In this document: in pieces, positions 1-9,497 of the stretch
Position numbering within the stretch: position 1 is the first letter of the stretch
How the letters are laid out: each line of letters opens with the position of its first letter
Origin: an uncultured delta proteobacterium
Lineage (GTDB): Bacteria > Desulfobacterota > RBG-13-43-22
Assembly: GCA_963743305.1 (NCBI GenBank)
Contig: CAVUPH010000042.1
Location: 32,001-96,000 of the forward strand
Direction: 5' to 3'
DNA length: 64,000 nucleotides
Translations under genes and position numbers: made by a program
Notes under the pieces: model-generated
Told to the model about the DNA's origin: nothing
Databases searched by the model: none
What the model saw: the letters and a program-made list of their open reading frames with translations, nothing else

Positions 1-967
1 AGGCCTGCTCCCCCAGGGCCGATTCCCCTTGGCCGCCTTGTGGATGGAGGTTCCTCCCGAACTGGTGGACGTAAATATTCATCCCGCCAAGCAGGAGGTC
101 CGTTTCAGCCACGAGGAATGGGTGCTGGAGGTGGGTCGAAAAGCCCTGGGCCGGGCCTTAAAAAACCTGACGCCGCTGGAGGTCAATTCGCGAACGGCCT
201 ATTTCCCGCCTTTTCGAGAAACCGCTTCGGACGAGTTGCCCTTGCTTCGCGAACCGCAGGCGGCCTTGGCTTCACCGGCAGCCTTTTCCTCCTTCCGGTC
301 CGGACCTGGATTCCGGCCGGAAGCGGAAAGGGCTTCCGAAGCGGCGCCGACTTTTTCCGGGACAGCGGTTGAGGGGAAAACCGGCCCCTTTTCGGGACTG
401 TTCCTGCTGGGGCAAGTATACCGATCGTACCTTTTGGCCGTGGGAGAATCGGGTCTGCTGGTGGTGGATCAGCACGCCGCCCATGAACGGGTCCTTTATG
501 AAAAATTTCTTCAGGGCCGGCGCCGGGGCGGGGTGGCCTCGCAGCTTTTGTTGACGCCCTTGGTGCTCGAACTCGCGCCGACGGACTCGGAAACGGTCCA
601 GGACCTGGAGAGCAGTCTTCGGGCCTTGGGTTTTGATTGGGCGCCGGGCAGGGGACCCTCGTACCGGATTACGGCCATCCCGCAGGAATTATCGCCGGCC
701 CAGGCGGCGGAAGCCGTGCAGGAAATTTTTTTGACCCTAACGTCCGGGCGGGAAACAAGCGATCACTCCGATCAGGCCGAGAGGCTTCTGAAGAGCCTGG
801 CCTGCCACGGGGCCATTAAAGCCGGTCAATCCTTGACGGAAGCGGAGATGCGGAGTTTGCTGCGCGATTTGGATCAAACCGAACAACCATCACACTGCCC
901 TCACGGTCGGCCCCTGTGGTTCCTACTGTCGCTGGATGAAATCGAGAGGCGGCTGAAAAGGAAATAA
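1..967 (+). CDS. mutL: DNA mismatch repair protein MutL, C-terminal part (5' end outside window)
   Basis: VDVNIHPAKQEVRF transducer motif, DQHAAHER endonuclease motif, ACHGAIK and CPHGRP motifs; followed by miaA. Confidence 0.96.
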   Translation, partial: GLLPQGRFPLAALWMEVPPELVDVNIHPAKQEVRFSHEEWVLEVGRKALGRALKNLTPLEVNSRTAYFPPFRETASDELPLLREPQAALASPAAFSSFRSGPGFRPEAERASEAAPTFSGTAVEGKTGPFSGLFLLGQVYRSYLLAVGESGLLVVDQHAAHERVLYEKFLQGRRRGGVASQLLLTPLVLELAPTDSETVQDLESSLRALGFDWAPGRGPSYRITAIPQELSPAQAAEAVQEIFLTLTSGRETSDHSDQAERLLKSLACHGAIKAGQSLTEAEMRSLLRDLDQTEQPSHCPHGRPLWFLLSLDEIERRLKRK

Positions 968-997
968 CCATATTAAAGGAAAACTCGAAATCCGAAA

Positions 998-1925
998 ATG
1001 GGTAATGAAGCACCTAAAGTGGTAATTATTACCGGTCCGACCGCTGTCGGTAAATCGAGCCTGGGGCATCGCCTGGCCAAAACCCTGGGCGGGGAGATCA
1101 TCAATGCCGATTCCATGCAGGTTTACCGGCGCCTGGATATCGGAACGGCCAAGCCAAGTCCGGAAGAGCGGAGGGAAGTCCCCTATCACCTGATCGATAT
1201 TCGTAATCCCGATCAGTCCTTCCAGGCCGCCGATTTCAGAAACCTGGCCCTGGAGGCCATCTCCGGGCTGGCTGTCCGGCAAAAGCCTATTATCGTGATC
1301 GGCGGGACAGGCCTTTACTTGCGGGTCCTGCAGCGGGGTCTGTTCCCCTGCCCGGAACCGAAGGCGGAGATTCGGCAGAAATGGGTCGATCAAGCTGCGG
1401 GGCGGGAAGAGACATTTCCTCTGGGAATGTTTGAATGACAGGGATCCGGCGGCAGCCGGTCGAATTCATTTCCGGGACCGGGTCCGATTGATCCGTGCCC
1501 TGGAAGTGCTGGAACTGACCGGGCGTCGCCTTTCGGAATGGCAGCAGTGGGACCGGAGGCCGGAGGATCCCGGATTTTTTTTTTGGATCGGACTGCGGGA
1601 GGACCGGCCCAAACTCTATGAGCGCATCAACCGGAGGGCTGATGAAATGATCCGGCAGGGGTTTCTGGAGGAGGTGGAAGGATTGCTGGCTCAAGGATAC
1701 GGGCCGGAACTACGTCCACTGAATGCCTTGGGGTACCGCCACTTGATCAAGGTCGTGAAAGGGGAGTGGGAACTGGGTCAGGCGCTGGAACTCCTTAAAC
1801 GAGACACCCGCCGCTATGCCAAGCGGCAATTCACCTGGCTCTCCAGGGAGCCTGATTTGAACTGGTTTTTCCCGGAAGAGTTTGATACCATCCTCGAAAA
1901 GGCAAAAATTTTCCTGAAAGGATGA
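998..1925 (+). CDS. miaA: tRNA dimethylallyltransferase, split by one frameshift near 1410-1435
   Basis: GPTAVGKS P-loop, DSMQVY and IGTAKP in 998..1438; RLIRALEV and TRRYAKRQFTW in 1431..1925; mutL-miaA synteny. Confidence 0.93.
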
Positions 1926-1929
1926 GGTT

Positions 1930-2457
1930 GTGAATTCGTTCGCCAATTGGATCACCCTGATCCGGATCATCCTGATCCCCTGGTTTGCCATCCTGCTGAT
2001 CAACGGGGCACTGAATCAGGCGCTCTGGGTTTTTATGGCGGCGGCCGTGTCTGATGCCCTGGATGGGTTTGTGGCCCGGGTGTTCTCCCAGAAGACCCGC
2101 CTGGGTTCGTTCCTGGACCCGATTGCCGATAAGCTCCTGTTGTCCACGGCCTTTATCACGCTGGCCGTCTTGAAACAGATCCCGGGCTGGCTGACCGTGA
2201 TTGTCATCAGCCGGGATGTGGTGATCGTCGTCGGCGTAGCCATCCTTTTCCTCAACCAGTTGCGGCTGGACATTAAGCCTTCAATCGTCAGCAAACTGAC
2301 CACCGCCTGCCAGGCCCTGCTGATCGTGATTATTCTGGCTTCCGGATACCTCCAATGGGCACCCTGGGTGAAGCCGGGGATTGTGTACCTGACGCTGGTC
2401 CTGACGGTCGTCTCGGGATTGCATTACATCTATTCCGGTCTGCGGACTATTACCTGA
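1930..2457 (+). CDS. CDP-alcohol phosphatidyltransferase (PgsA family)
   Basis: ANWITLIR and DALDGFVAR...GSFLDPIADK signature; hydrophobic helices. Confidence 0.92.
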   Translation: MNSFANWITLIRIILIPWFAILLINGALNQALWVFMAAAVSDALDGFVARVFSQKTRLGSFLDPIADKLLLSTAFITLAVLKQIPGWLTVIVISRDVVIVVGVAILFLNQLRLDIKPSIVSKLTTACQALLIVIILASGYLQWAPWVKPGIVYLTLVLTVVSGLHYIYSGLRTIT

Positions 2458-2501
2458 TAACCTCGCTGGCGAGTCCCTCGTCACTTGAAACCGATTTTTT
2501 C

Positions 2502-2531
2502 TTGACAGCCGCACGGATAATTGATTAGGAT
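2502..2531 (+). promoter_or_regulatory. Sigma70-type promoter of tRNA-Val
   Basis: TTGACA-N18-TAGGAT, 16 bp upstream of the tRNA. Confidence 0.55.
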
Positions 2532-2547
2532 CGTAAATGAAAAGAAT

Positions 2548-2622
2548 AGGCACGTAGCTCAGTGGGAGAGCACTACCCTGACACGGTAGGGGTCACGAGT
2601 TCAACCCTCGTCGTGCCTACCA
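2548..2622 (+). tRNA. tRNA-Val(GAC)
   Basis: Cloverleaf AGGCACG/CGTGCCT acceptor stem, anticodon arm CTACC-CTGACAC-GGTAG, GTTCAA T-loop, encoded CCA. Confidence 0.97.
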
Positions 2623-2633
2623 GGAGAAACCTG

Positions 2634-2676
2634 AGGAGTTAATCCGGCCAACCCGGCCTGGATTAACTCCTTTTTT
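2634..2676 (+). terminator. Intrinsic terminator after tRNA-Val (supplied by the element)
   Basis: AGGAGTTAATCC...GGATTAACTCCT stem followed by a T-run. Confidence 0.8.
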
Positions 2677-2806
2677 GATTTCAGACTAACCCCCAGGGGG
2701 ACGCGGCGGAATGCGCCAAGGCAAAAATTGGAAGCAGCGGATCCCTGTTCGCCCTCACAGATATAATAGGATTGTAATCCTAACAAAAAGATACTATAAT
2801 AATCGA

Positions 2807-2819
2807 TATCAAGGACTTA
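2807..2819 (+). promoter_or_regulatory. IHF-binding consensus site at the left junction
   Basis: TATCAAGGACTTA matches WATCAANNNNTTR; lies between the att core and the arm repeats. Confidence 0.5.
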
Positions 2820-3960
2820 GACCCATTTGCGGATTAAGTCCTTTTTCGTTTCTGCTACCATTTTGCTACCATCCTTCACAAAAATGGCATTTTCCAGCCG
2901 CTGAACGGCCTCTTGATTGGTGGGTTTCAATAGGTGGGTATAGACGTTTAACGTCACCGTCGGGGAAGAGTGCCCCAACTGGGTTTGAATGTATTTGACG
3001 TTCTCCCCCTGCTCGATCATCAAAGAAGCGTAGGTATGCCGAAGATCGTGAAACGTTATCGTCGGTAACTTGGCTTTCTTCAAAGCAGGAAGGTAATACC
3101 GTCCAACAAGATTGTTCCGGCTCATCATGTTTCCGGTTTCGGTGGGGAATATCGAGCTTATCTACGTCTTTACTGAAAAGAGACTCCAGCCGCCAGCTTT
3201 CTTAACTCCCTGACCACAACCGGGGACAAATCAATCCTCCGGTTGGAAGTCGTCGTCTTGGTAGGGAACAACCGGCCATCTCTCCCGGTCCGTTGAATAT
3301 GGACTTGTTTCTTCTCAAGGTCCAGGTCCCCCCATTGCAGGGAAAAGATTTTCGTCCCTGCCTTGCGCCGGTCATTACCGCAAATAGAAAAAGGGTTCGA
3401 TACATTCCGGTCGGGGTGTTCTCTAATAACTGGCCAACCTGCTCCGGGGCCAGTATTTGCATTTCCCGGCCTTCGTGCCTTACATCCCTTGGCCGTTCGG
3501 TATCCCGGAAGCGGGTTACTGTTCGAAATCACCTGTTCTTCACCGCATAGGCTAGGACTTGCCCCAAAGTGACCAGCACCTTGCGCAGGGTGGCAATGTT
3601 CATCTTCTTTGCCTGCCTATCGGTGATATACTTTTCCAAAACCGGAATGGTTATTTGGCTGATCTTCAGAGGGTCCAGGTCGGTAAAGTGTTTCCTGATA
3701 TGAACATCCAATACCTCCCAATAGGTTTCCCTGACTTTCGGTTTCTTATAAGCCAGCCAATACTTGGCAACCTCGGCAAAGGTCGGTATATCCGCCTTTG
3801 GTAAATAGGTTTGGTCCTCTACCTGCTCAAGTATTCGCTTCATCTCCCGTTCAGCGTCGTCCTTCTTCATGCCCTTGCGCAGGGTCTTCCAGCGTCTTGC
3901 CCCGGTATGATCCCGAAAGTCAACTACCCATCTTCCGCGCCTTTTTACGATACAGGCCAT
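2817..3960 (-). pseudogene. Tyrosine recombinase / phage-type integrase, broken into several frames
   Basis: N-terminal arm-binding-like region (WVVDFRDHTG); catalytic residues TGARQG, PTKT, FHDLRH, LGH and VY spread over ORFs 3529..3960, 3202..3462, 3170..3532 and 2817..3128. Confidence 0.92.
2852..2871 (+). repeat. Putative integrase arm-type site, copy 1 (CTGCTACCATTTTGCTACCA)
   Basis: Identical 20-mer at 9251-9270; contains two TGCTACCA units 11 bp apart. Confidence 0.75.
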
Positions 3961-4159
3961 TTATTTTCACCTCCTTTCGTTTTTGGTTTGGGAGGGTGGC
4001 GTCAATTGCCTGGAGTGCCAGGTGCAGGAAAGGCGATATCTTTCTTGTCCCGGCCTCCCATCGGATTACAGTCATGACCGCAACCCCTAAACGGTGGGCA
4101 AGTTCACGCTGTAACATCTCCCTTCCGTGTCTCCAGACTTTGAGTTCCTCCCTGGTCAT
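3920..4159 (-). CDS. XRE-family helix-turn-helix regulator
   Basis: QRELAHRLGVAVMTVIRWEAG HTH_3 pattern; directly upstream of the integrase. Confidence 0.85.
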   Translation of the reverse strand: MTREELKVWRHGREMLQRELAHRLGVAVMTVIRWEAGTRKISPFLHLALQAIDATLPNQKRKEVKINGLYRKKARKMGS

Positions 4160-4167
4160 GTTCTATT

Positions 4168-4184
4168 AATAACCAATGGTTATT
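4168..4184. promoter_or_regulatory. Palindromic operator upstream of the HTH gene
   Basis: AATAACCA-A-TGGTTATT, perfect 8 bp arms, 8 bp from the ATG at 4159. Confidence 0.6.
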
Positions 4185-4209
4185 TAAATGTTTCAAGCAA
4201 AAAATTAAG

Positions 4210-4525
4210 CTAACATCGCCCATTCATCAAGTCTCGCCATTTCAGGACATCTTTAAGCTTAAATGACAAATATTTTCCGGTTTTGTGGTGGGGGATTGGA
4301 TTTTTCTTTAAACACGTCTTTCTGTGAATCCATTTAGGGGAAACGTTCAGGAAATCGGCCAACATGTCTAACGTTCATCTGCTCCCGTTTTGACCATTTT
4401 TCCACCATCAAGCTTCTCTACGGAGCTGTCCAAAAACATCTAATATCATTGGTCTGACTTTCTTCAAAGATTCTAATAGCCACTTGCTCGGCTAGTTCAT
4501 CGGAGAAGGATATTTTAGCTTCCAT
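4210..4525 (-). pseudogene. Excisionase-like (HTH_17) protein, frameshifted; not in the ORF track
   Basis: Hand translation: MEAKISFSDELAEQVAIRIFE...TLDMLADFLNVSPKWIHR / KNPIPHHKTGKYLSFKLKDVLKW, a Xis-like pattern. Confidence 0.7.
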
Positions 4526-5321
4526 CAAACAACCTTGATTCCCCAAAAAACAACGAGATAAGAATTAATCCTATGAATTGCTTGCCCCTCCCTGTTTTTT
4601 TCCTTATGATCACTGGTCATTCTCATAACCGCATCCCCACGCTTTTTTCTTTCTATTACTTATTATAACCCCAGTTCCGGGAATTGGACAAAAACCGAGT
4701 GAATAATTTTCAAGAAATTTTTATAGTCAGGGAAATCTTTCGGCCTGATAGCTGATGGGGAGATGGAAGAGGATAACTTGAAGGGGTTTGTTGGATTACG
4801 ATGAGGATCAACCGGGAGGTGAGGGTTGAATCTTCTGTGACCGAAGCACATTACTGTATATGTCCAACTGCACATAAATTTTTTCCGGTTTTCGAGAATT
4901 ATCGATTTTGTGGAACTGTACTGGGTGAGGTTCACGGATTTGCTCCCGTTCATAAGTACATTTTAGAGTACCGGGATGCCTTTGACCAAAGTGATCAGAG
5001 GACTAATCGGAATTAAATTGTTCAGGGGGTGAGATGTGAAAAAGCTGAGTAAATTTAGTTCAAAAAAAAATAACTGAAGCGTCTTGGCAACGCAGCGAGT
5101 TTCAAGTCATAGGAGCGGATGTTATTGCTGGCGATCAAAAGAGTTGGGCGCAACCCCATGAGTACGACAAAGCCATATGCATATAGAATAAGGTGTTTTG
5201 TTCATGCACTTATGCTAAGAAGCCCATCATGAGTATCCAGCAATACGTAATGGCCATTTATTGGAAAGTTATTTCCAAGTAAAAATTAGCCGATTGCCTA
5301 GGCTTACCAAAAGAATATGTC

Positions 5322-6078
5322 GGAACGAAAAGATTTTCGATTGAGTTTTTTCGTTATCAAAGCCAAAACTTCAAATTCCTCCCGTCCTGCTATATTATGA
5401 TCCATCCCAAAGAAAATGTTTCTGCTCAAAGATATAAAGAGTTCCTTCTTTGGGTTTGATGCAAATCTCCGTGGATTGAAGGTTTCAAGAATTGAATATG
5501 CTTCGGATCAGTTTTGTCATGGACCATCAGAAGTTGAACGGCTTTTTGACCTGGAGCAAGGGTATCTTTATGTCCCCCATTCAAGAAAATGCAGGTTGGT
5601 CGGGGGAGAAGTATGCCAATTTTGGCCAACAAAATCGGAAAGATTTATGTCCACGATAATGGAAAAATAAAGATTTATGAAAGAGGTCCAGAATAGTAAA
5701 AAAAATGGGAAGGCATGGGAAAGAAAATTCATAAATAGAGTTCGGTTGGAATATACGGCCAACCATAGAAACAACTTTCTGAAGAATAACGGGTTAGAAT
5801 ATTTAAACCAGTTTATTGCTTCACCTAAATTTCTTCAAATGAATAAAGAACGATTTCGGTTTATGTGTTTTGAAGGTTCAAAAAAACTACCCGCTATATG
5901 GGAAGACTACAGTTTGCCAGACTCTTACGGATCAAGGAAGGATCTTTTCTAGGCCCAACATATTAAGTTAAAAAAGAAAATCCTGAATATAGCGGCTTAT
6001 GTGGCCAAGGTTGAGGAATTTGATCCCCTAATGTCGAGGTTGGAAGCCCTATGGGCAGAATTCGATCAGAAGTGGTAA
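5322..6078 (+). pseudogene. Fragmented putative replication initiator (Rep_trans-like)
   Basis: Fragments across frames: CYIMIHP...LKVSRIEYASD...KIYERGP...WERKFINRVRLEYTA; 5' end uncertain. Confidence 0.45.
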
Positions 6079-6542
6079 AATTAATTTTTGGGGTAATCGA
6101 ACGACAAGGAGTGGGGGGATATATAATACGTACAAACTATAAATTTTTTCTATCTGTAGACCTAAATAGAAATAGCAATTGCCTTAAAAAGGCCTTGAAT
6201 TAGAATAATTTAAAATGATAGTGGATTATTAGTCTTAACTAATAGATTTTGCTAACCAAATTTAAGGAAAAAGCCACTTTATGATATATGCCATGAAATA
6301 AGGTAATACATGTCTAAGTTATTAGTTTAATAACAATTTGATATCATTTAACATTAGTCCATGTTGTGTTTCAGGCTGATATCCAGGGGGGAAGGGGGTC
6401 TTTAACGCATGAAAAAGGCTTTAGTGTGGCCTTTCTATTTATGGGCTAAAATGAGGATAGGCTCCCTGAGAGCGTCGATTCTGGGGCATTTTGAAAGGCT
6501 TAAAAGGGTATCCTGGGGGGGTGCAATAGCCAACAAAAGACG

Positions 6543-6572
6543 TTGACAACCCATTAAATTTCTGGTTATCGT
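6543..6572 (+). promoter_or_regulatory. Sigma70-type promoter of the cargo operon
   Basis: TTGACA-N18-TATCGT. Confidence 0.45.
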
Positions 6573-6699
6573 CCTACAATAACTTTTAAGAATCTCCGAC
6601 TATTCCAAAAAAACAGCACTAAGCAGTTATTGACGTTCTAACCCTACCGAACCGGGTTATCCGGTTAATGGACTGGAGGATGGCGATGATGGAAAACGG

Positions 6700-6732
6700 C
6701 CCCGTTTCTGAAAAGAAATGGGGTTTTATTTT
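6700..6732 (+). terminator. Terminator-like hairpin in the 5' leader of the collagen gene
   Basis: CCCCGTTTCT-GAAA-AGAAATGGGG followed by TTTTATTTT, about 20 nt before the ATG. Confidence 0.7.
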
Positions 6733-6751
6733 CAAATAAGGAGGGATTAAC

Positions 6752-7437
6752 ATGAAAAAATTAGTCGTTTCGGTATTAAGCAATATCATCCTAACGGTAT
6801 TTATTTTAGCGGGAAATGTGGCAGCCGGGGAAATTTATGGTTGTTATGGAAAAATTGGAGGACTGCTAAGAATAGTTGATGGACCAAATAAATGTACCAA
6901 ATTAGAAAAACCAATTTTCTGGAACTCAATTGGTATACAAGGGCCAGCAGGGCCTAGGGTCTTCCGGGTCCACAAGGCCCTCAAGGAATTCAAGGAATAA
7001 AAGGCGATACTGGCCCACAAGGTCCAGCGGGGCCAGCAGGACCAACAATAAAAACCGGGCAAGTTATTTTCTCAAACGGACTATGGCCCCCTTTAATTTT
7101 GAATGAACAACCCAATCAAGATATTCCAAGGTCGGAATTGGCTTTAAATTTAGAGCAGGAAAGCACCTTACTAATTATCTTAAATGCTGACATTCAAGTG
7201 GAAAATTCCATTGTTTCCGTTTACTTAATGGTTGATAATGCTCCGAATATTCAGGCAATTTTTGCTGGAGCTGGTGGAAATGAAGGAAATGGTGGGGAAA
7301 GGGGTACAGTTTCAGAAACTGCTTTGTTTGATTTGCCAGCAGGAGATCATGTCATTAAACTGCATGCGACTTTGCATCAAGGAACTTACGGATTAGTGTG
7401 GGGGACTAAATATACTTATATAATTATTCCAAAATAG
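6752..7437 (+). CDS. Secreted collagen-like protein (about 13 Gly-X-Y triplets plus C-terminal beta domain), one frameshift near 6955
   Basis: Signal peptide, IYGCY..GLLRIV..C..E..IFWN, then GIQGPAGP/GLPGPQGPQGIQGIKGDTGPQGPAGPAGP continuing in frame into ORF 7099..7437; RBS GGAG. Confidence 0.8.
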
Positions 7438-7448
7438 ATAAACAGTTC

Positions 7449-8280
7449 ATGCCTCTTCTAAAGTGCCCTGAATGTTTTAAGGAAATATCAGATAAGGCCA
7501 AAGTTTGCCCTAATTGCGGATTTCCATTCACAGTAAGGAATTGGAAATTAATCCGAAAACTATTTATTTGGCTCCTTGTCATTCCGGTATTAATAATTTT
7601 GTTAAGTATCTTCTATTATTCTCGACAAATCTTAATTCCTCTTCCAATTTTTGGCCTCATCCCCCTATTTTTACTAATTGGAATATTTGGGATTTCTTTA
7701 GCTCAATATAAAATTACCAAATTTAAATTTATAAGGACTCATTATAAATATGTTATTGGTTTTGCCTTGTTAATCGCTTTATCAACCGGGGTATATTACA
7801 TTTATAATCAATATGATACACCTTCTAAAAACCAAACAAGTCCCGCCACGTTGCCAGATGCCAAAAGAATTACAAGAATATTAAGTGGATGGGAGAAGAT
7901 GTTAACTGGAAGGGAAGAGAGTGTAAAATCGGAGGATTTTCCGGAAGGACTTAGGAATAAGATTAAAGAAGAGAAAATGGAAGGGAGCAATTTTTGGATA
8001 CCCGGTTGATTTGAATAAGGACGGTATAAACGAATGGTTTGTAACCGGATCGGGATTCATGGGAAGTCAAGGGATTACTTTTACGGTTTTCTATCAAAGG
8101 AATTCCAAATGGGAGGAAATAGATAACAAAGATATGTTCGGTGGCTTAGATGCTATTGGGCCAACAATGACGAAGGGATTTTACGATATTTTTACCAGCA
8201 CTAAGAATGATGATCAAAAATATAAACATGTTTGGGATGGTAATAAGTACCAGTCGGTATTGATTGAAGACCAATTCTAA
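7449..8280 (+). CDS. Zinc-ribbon membrane protein with C-terminal extracytoplasmic domain, frameshift near 8005
   Basis: KCPECFKEISDKAKVCPNCG, three hydrophobic segments; GDLNKDGINEW links the two ORFs. Confidence 0.7.
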
Positions 8281-8285
8281 AATCA

Positions 8286-9218
8286 ATGATTAACTCCGTG
8301 AGAAAAAGCAAAAAGAAGGAAGAATTAGCAAATCGGCCTTGGGAATACATAAAAGTAGTCTACGGCAGCATGGGCAAAAGGGGACCCTATTGTTAACCTG
8401 GATATAACAATAGAGAATAAGAGCGAGTATGATGTTAAAGATATAACATTTAACATCCGACTTTATATTCAGAATCTGGAACATTACTAAAGTAGCTATT
8501 TGTATACTTTGTATGCTGTCTTGCATAAAGGTGAAAAAAGAACTTTTAATAGATTTAATTATTGGGGTGAGGCATGCAACAAGCCGTTACATCAACGGGT
8601 AGGGTTGTTAAAGTGGAAATTATAAATGGGAATTCAAACAAAGAGTTAAATCTAAACAGTGCTCCGGTTCTAAATCCTGCAAGAACCAACGGAAGGTGGA
8701 TCTTGTATAGCCCATTATTAGGTAACATCTGGGTAGGAACCGAGCTATATCTCAAATCCGATTACAAGTACATAGGGAAAGTAGTTGATATTGAATCTGG
8801 TCACTTATTTCCGGATGGGTCCAAACGTGATGGGGTTAAAATAGATTTTGCTGAAGGTGGATTATTCTGGATGCCTAGAGAAACGGTTATAAATATTTAC
8901 CTGGCGGGTACTGGTAAAAGAAATGGAAAAGATGATAATATAAATTCGGCCATTAAAACCGAATCAAATCCAATTCTACCAATGATGATAGATGAAATTG
9001 ATACAGGCAAACCGCTGTCATCTAAAATACCATTGGGAACAAGACTTTTTCTTAAGGATGAAGACAAATATAGATACATAGGAAGAGTAATTGCTACTGA
9101 AGATGGCCATCTTTTTCCGGATGGATCAATAAGTGATGGTGTAAAAATAGAGATTGCCAGGAAATACATAGTATTGGATGCCCAAAAAAACAGTAATGGA
9201 TATTTATGTGACGAATGA
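8286..9218 (+). pseudogene. Fragmented hypothetical protein with an Ig-like N-terminal part and a duplicated ~55 aa C-terminal module
   Basis: Frameshifted ITIENKSEYDVKDITF..SESGTLL upstream of ORF 8574..9218; two copies of GT.L.LK..Y.YIG.V...E.GHLFPDGS..DGVKI. Confidence 0.55.
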
Positions 9219-9250
9219 TTGAAATTAATTCACTTTTTAACAAGAAAAAC

Positions 9251-9270
9251 CTGCTACCATTTTGCTACCA
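9251..9270 (+). repeat. Putative integrase arm-type site, copy 2
   Basis: Identical to 2852-2871, same orientation. Confidence 0.75.
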
Positions 9271-9401
9271 CTATCTAGCAAAATAGGAGGAAACAAAGGG
9301 AACAATAAAACAGACGAAAACGGCTAAAACCGTCATGGTTATTGGCCCTCATCTTTCCTGTTTGTTCCCCTTGTTTCCCCATGTTCCCCTGTTTCGTAAC
9401 T

Positions 9402-9446
9402 CTGACACGGTAGGGGTCACGAGTTCAACCCTCGTCGTGCCTACCA
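9402..9446 (+). repeat. att site: duplicated 3' 45 bp of tRNA-Val
   Basis: CTGACACGGTAGGGGTCACGAGTTCAACCCTCGTCGTGCCTACCA identical to 2578-2622. Confidence 0.96.
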
Positions 9447-9455
9447 TGCCTAGCC

Positions 9456-9497
9456 AGGACCTAGTCCCGCCCTTATAAGCGGGACTAGGTCCTTTTT
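9456..9497. terminator. Intrinsic terminator, probably the original tRNA-Val terminator
   Basis: Perfect 15 bp stem AGGACCTAGTCCCGC / GCGGGACTAGGTCCT plus T-run. Confidence 0.85.

Larger units (their letters stand above)
2578..9446. mobile_element. Integrative element (~6.8 kb) inserted in the 3' half of tRNA-Val
   Basis: Exact 45 bp direct repeat 2578-2622 / 9402-9446; adjacent tyrosine integrase; interior much more AT-rich than the flanks. Confidence 0.93.

Noticed and set aside
6580-6735. Known riboswitch (c-di-GMP-I/II, fluoride, guanidine)
   Set aside because: I could not match the conserved core nucleotides of these classes; kept only as an unassigned leader
2817-9218. Prophage
   Set aside because: No recognisable terminase, capsid, tail or lysis genes, and the element is only 6.8 kb
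9402-9446. Second tRNA-Val gene
   Set aside because: Only the 3' 45 nt are present, with no D-arm or 5' acceptor strand; it is the att duplication
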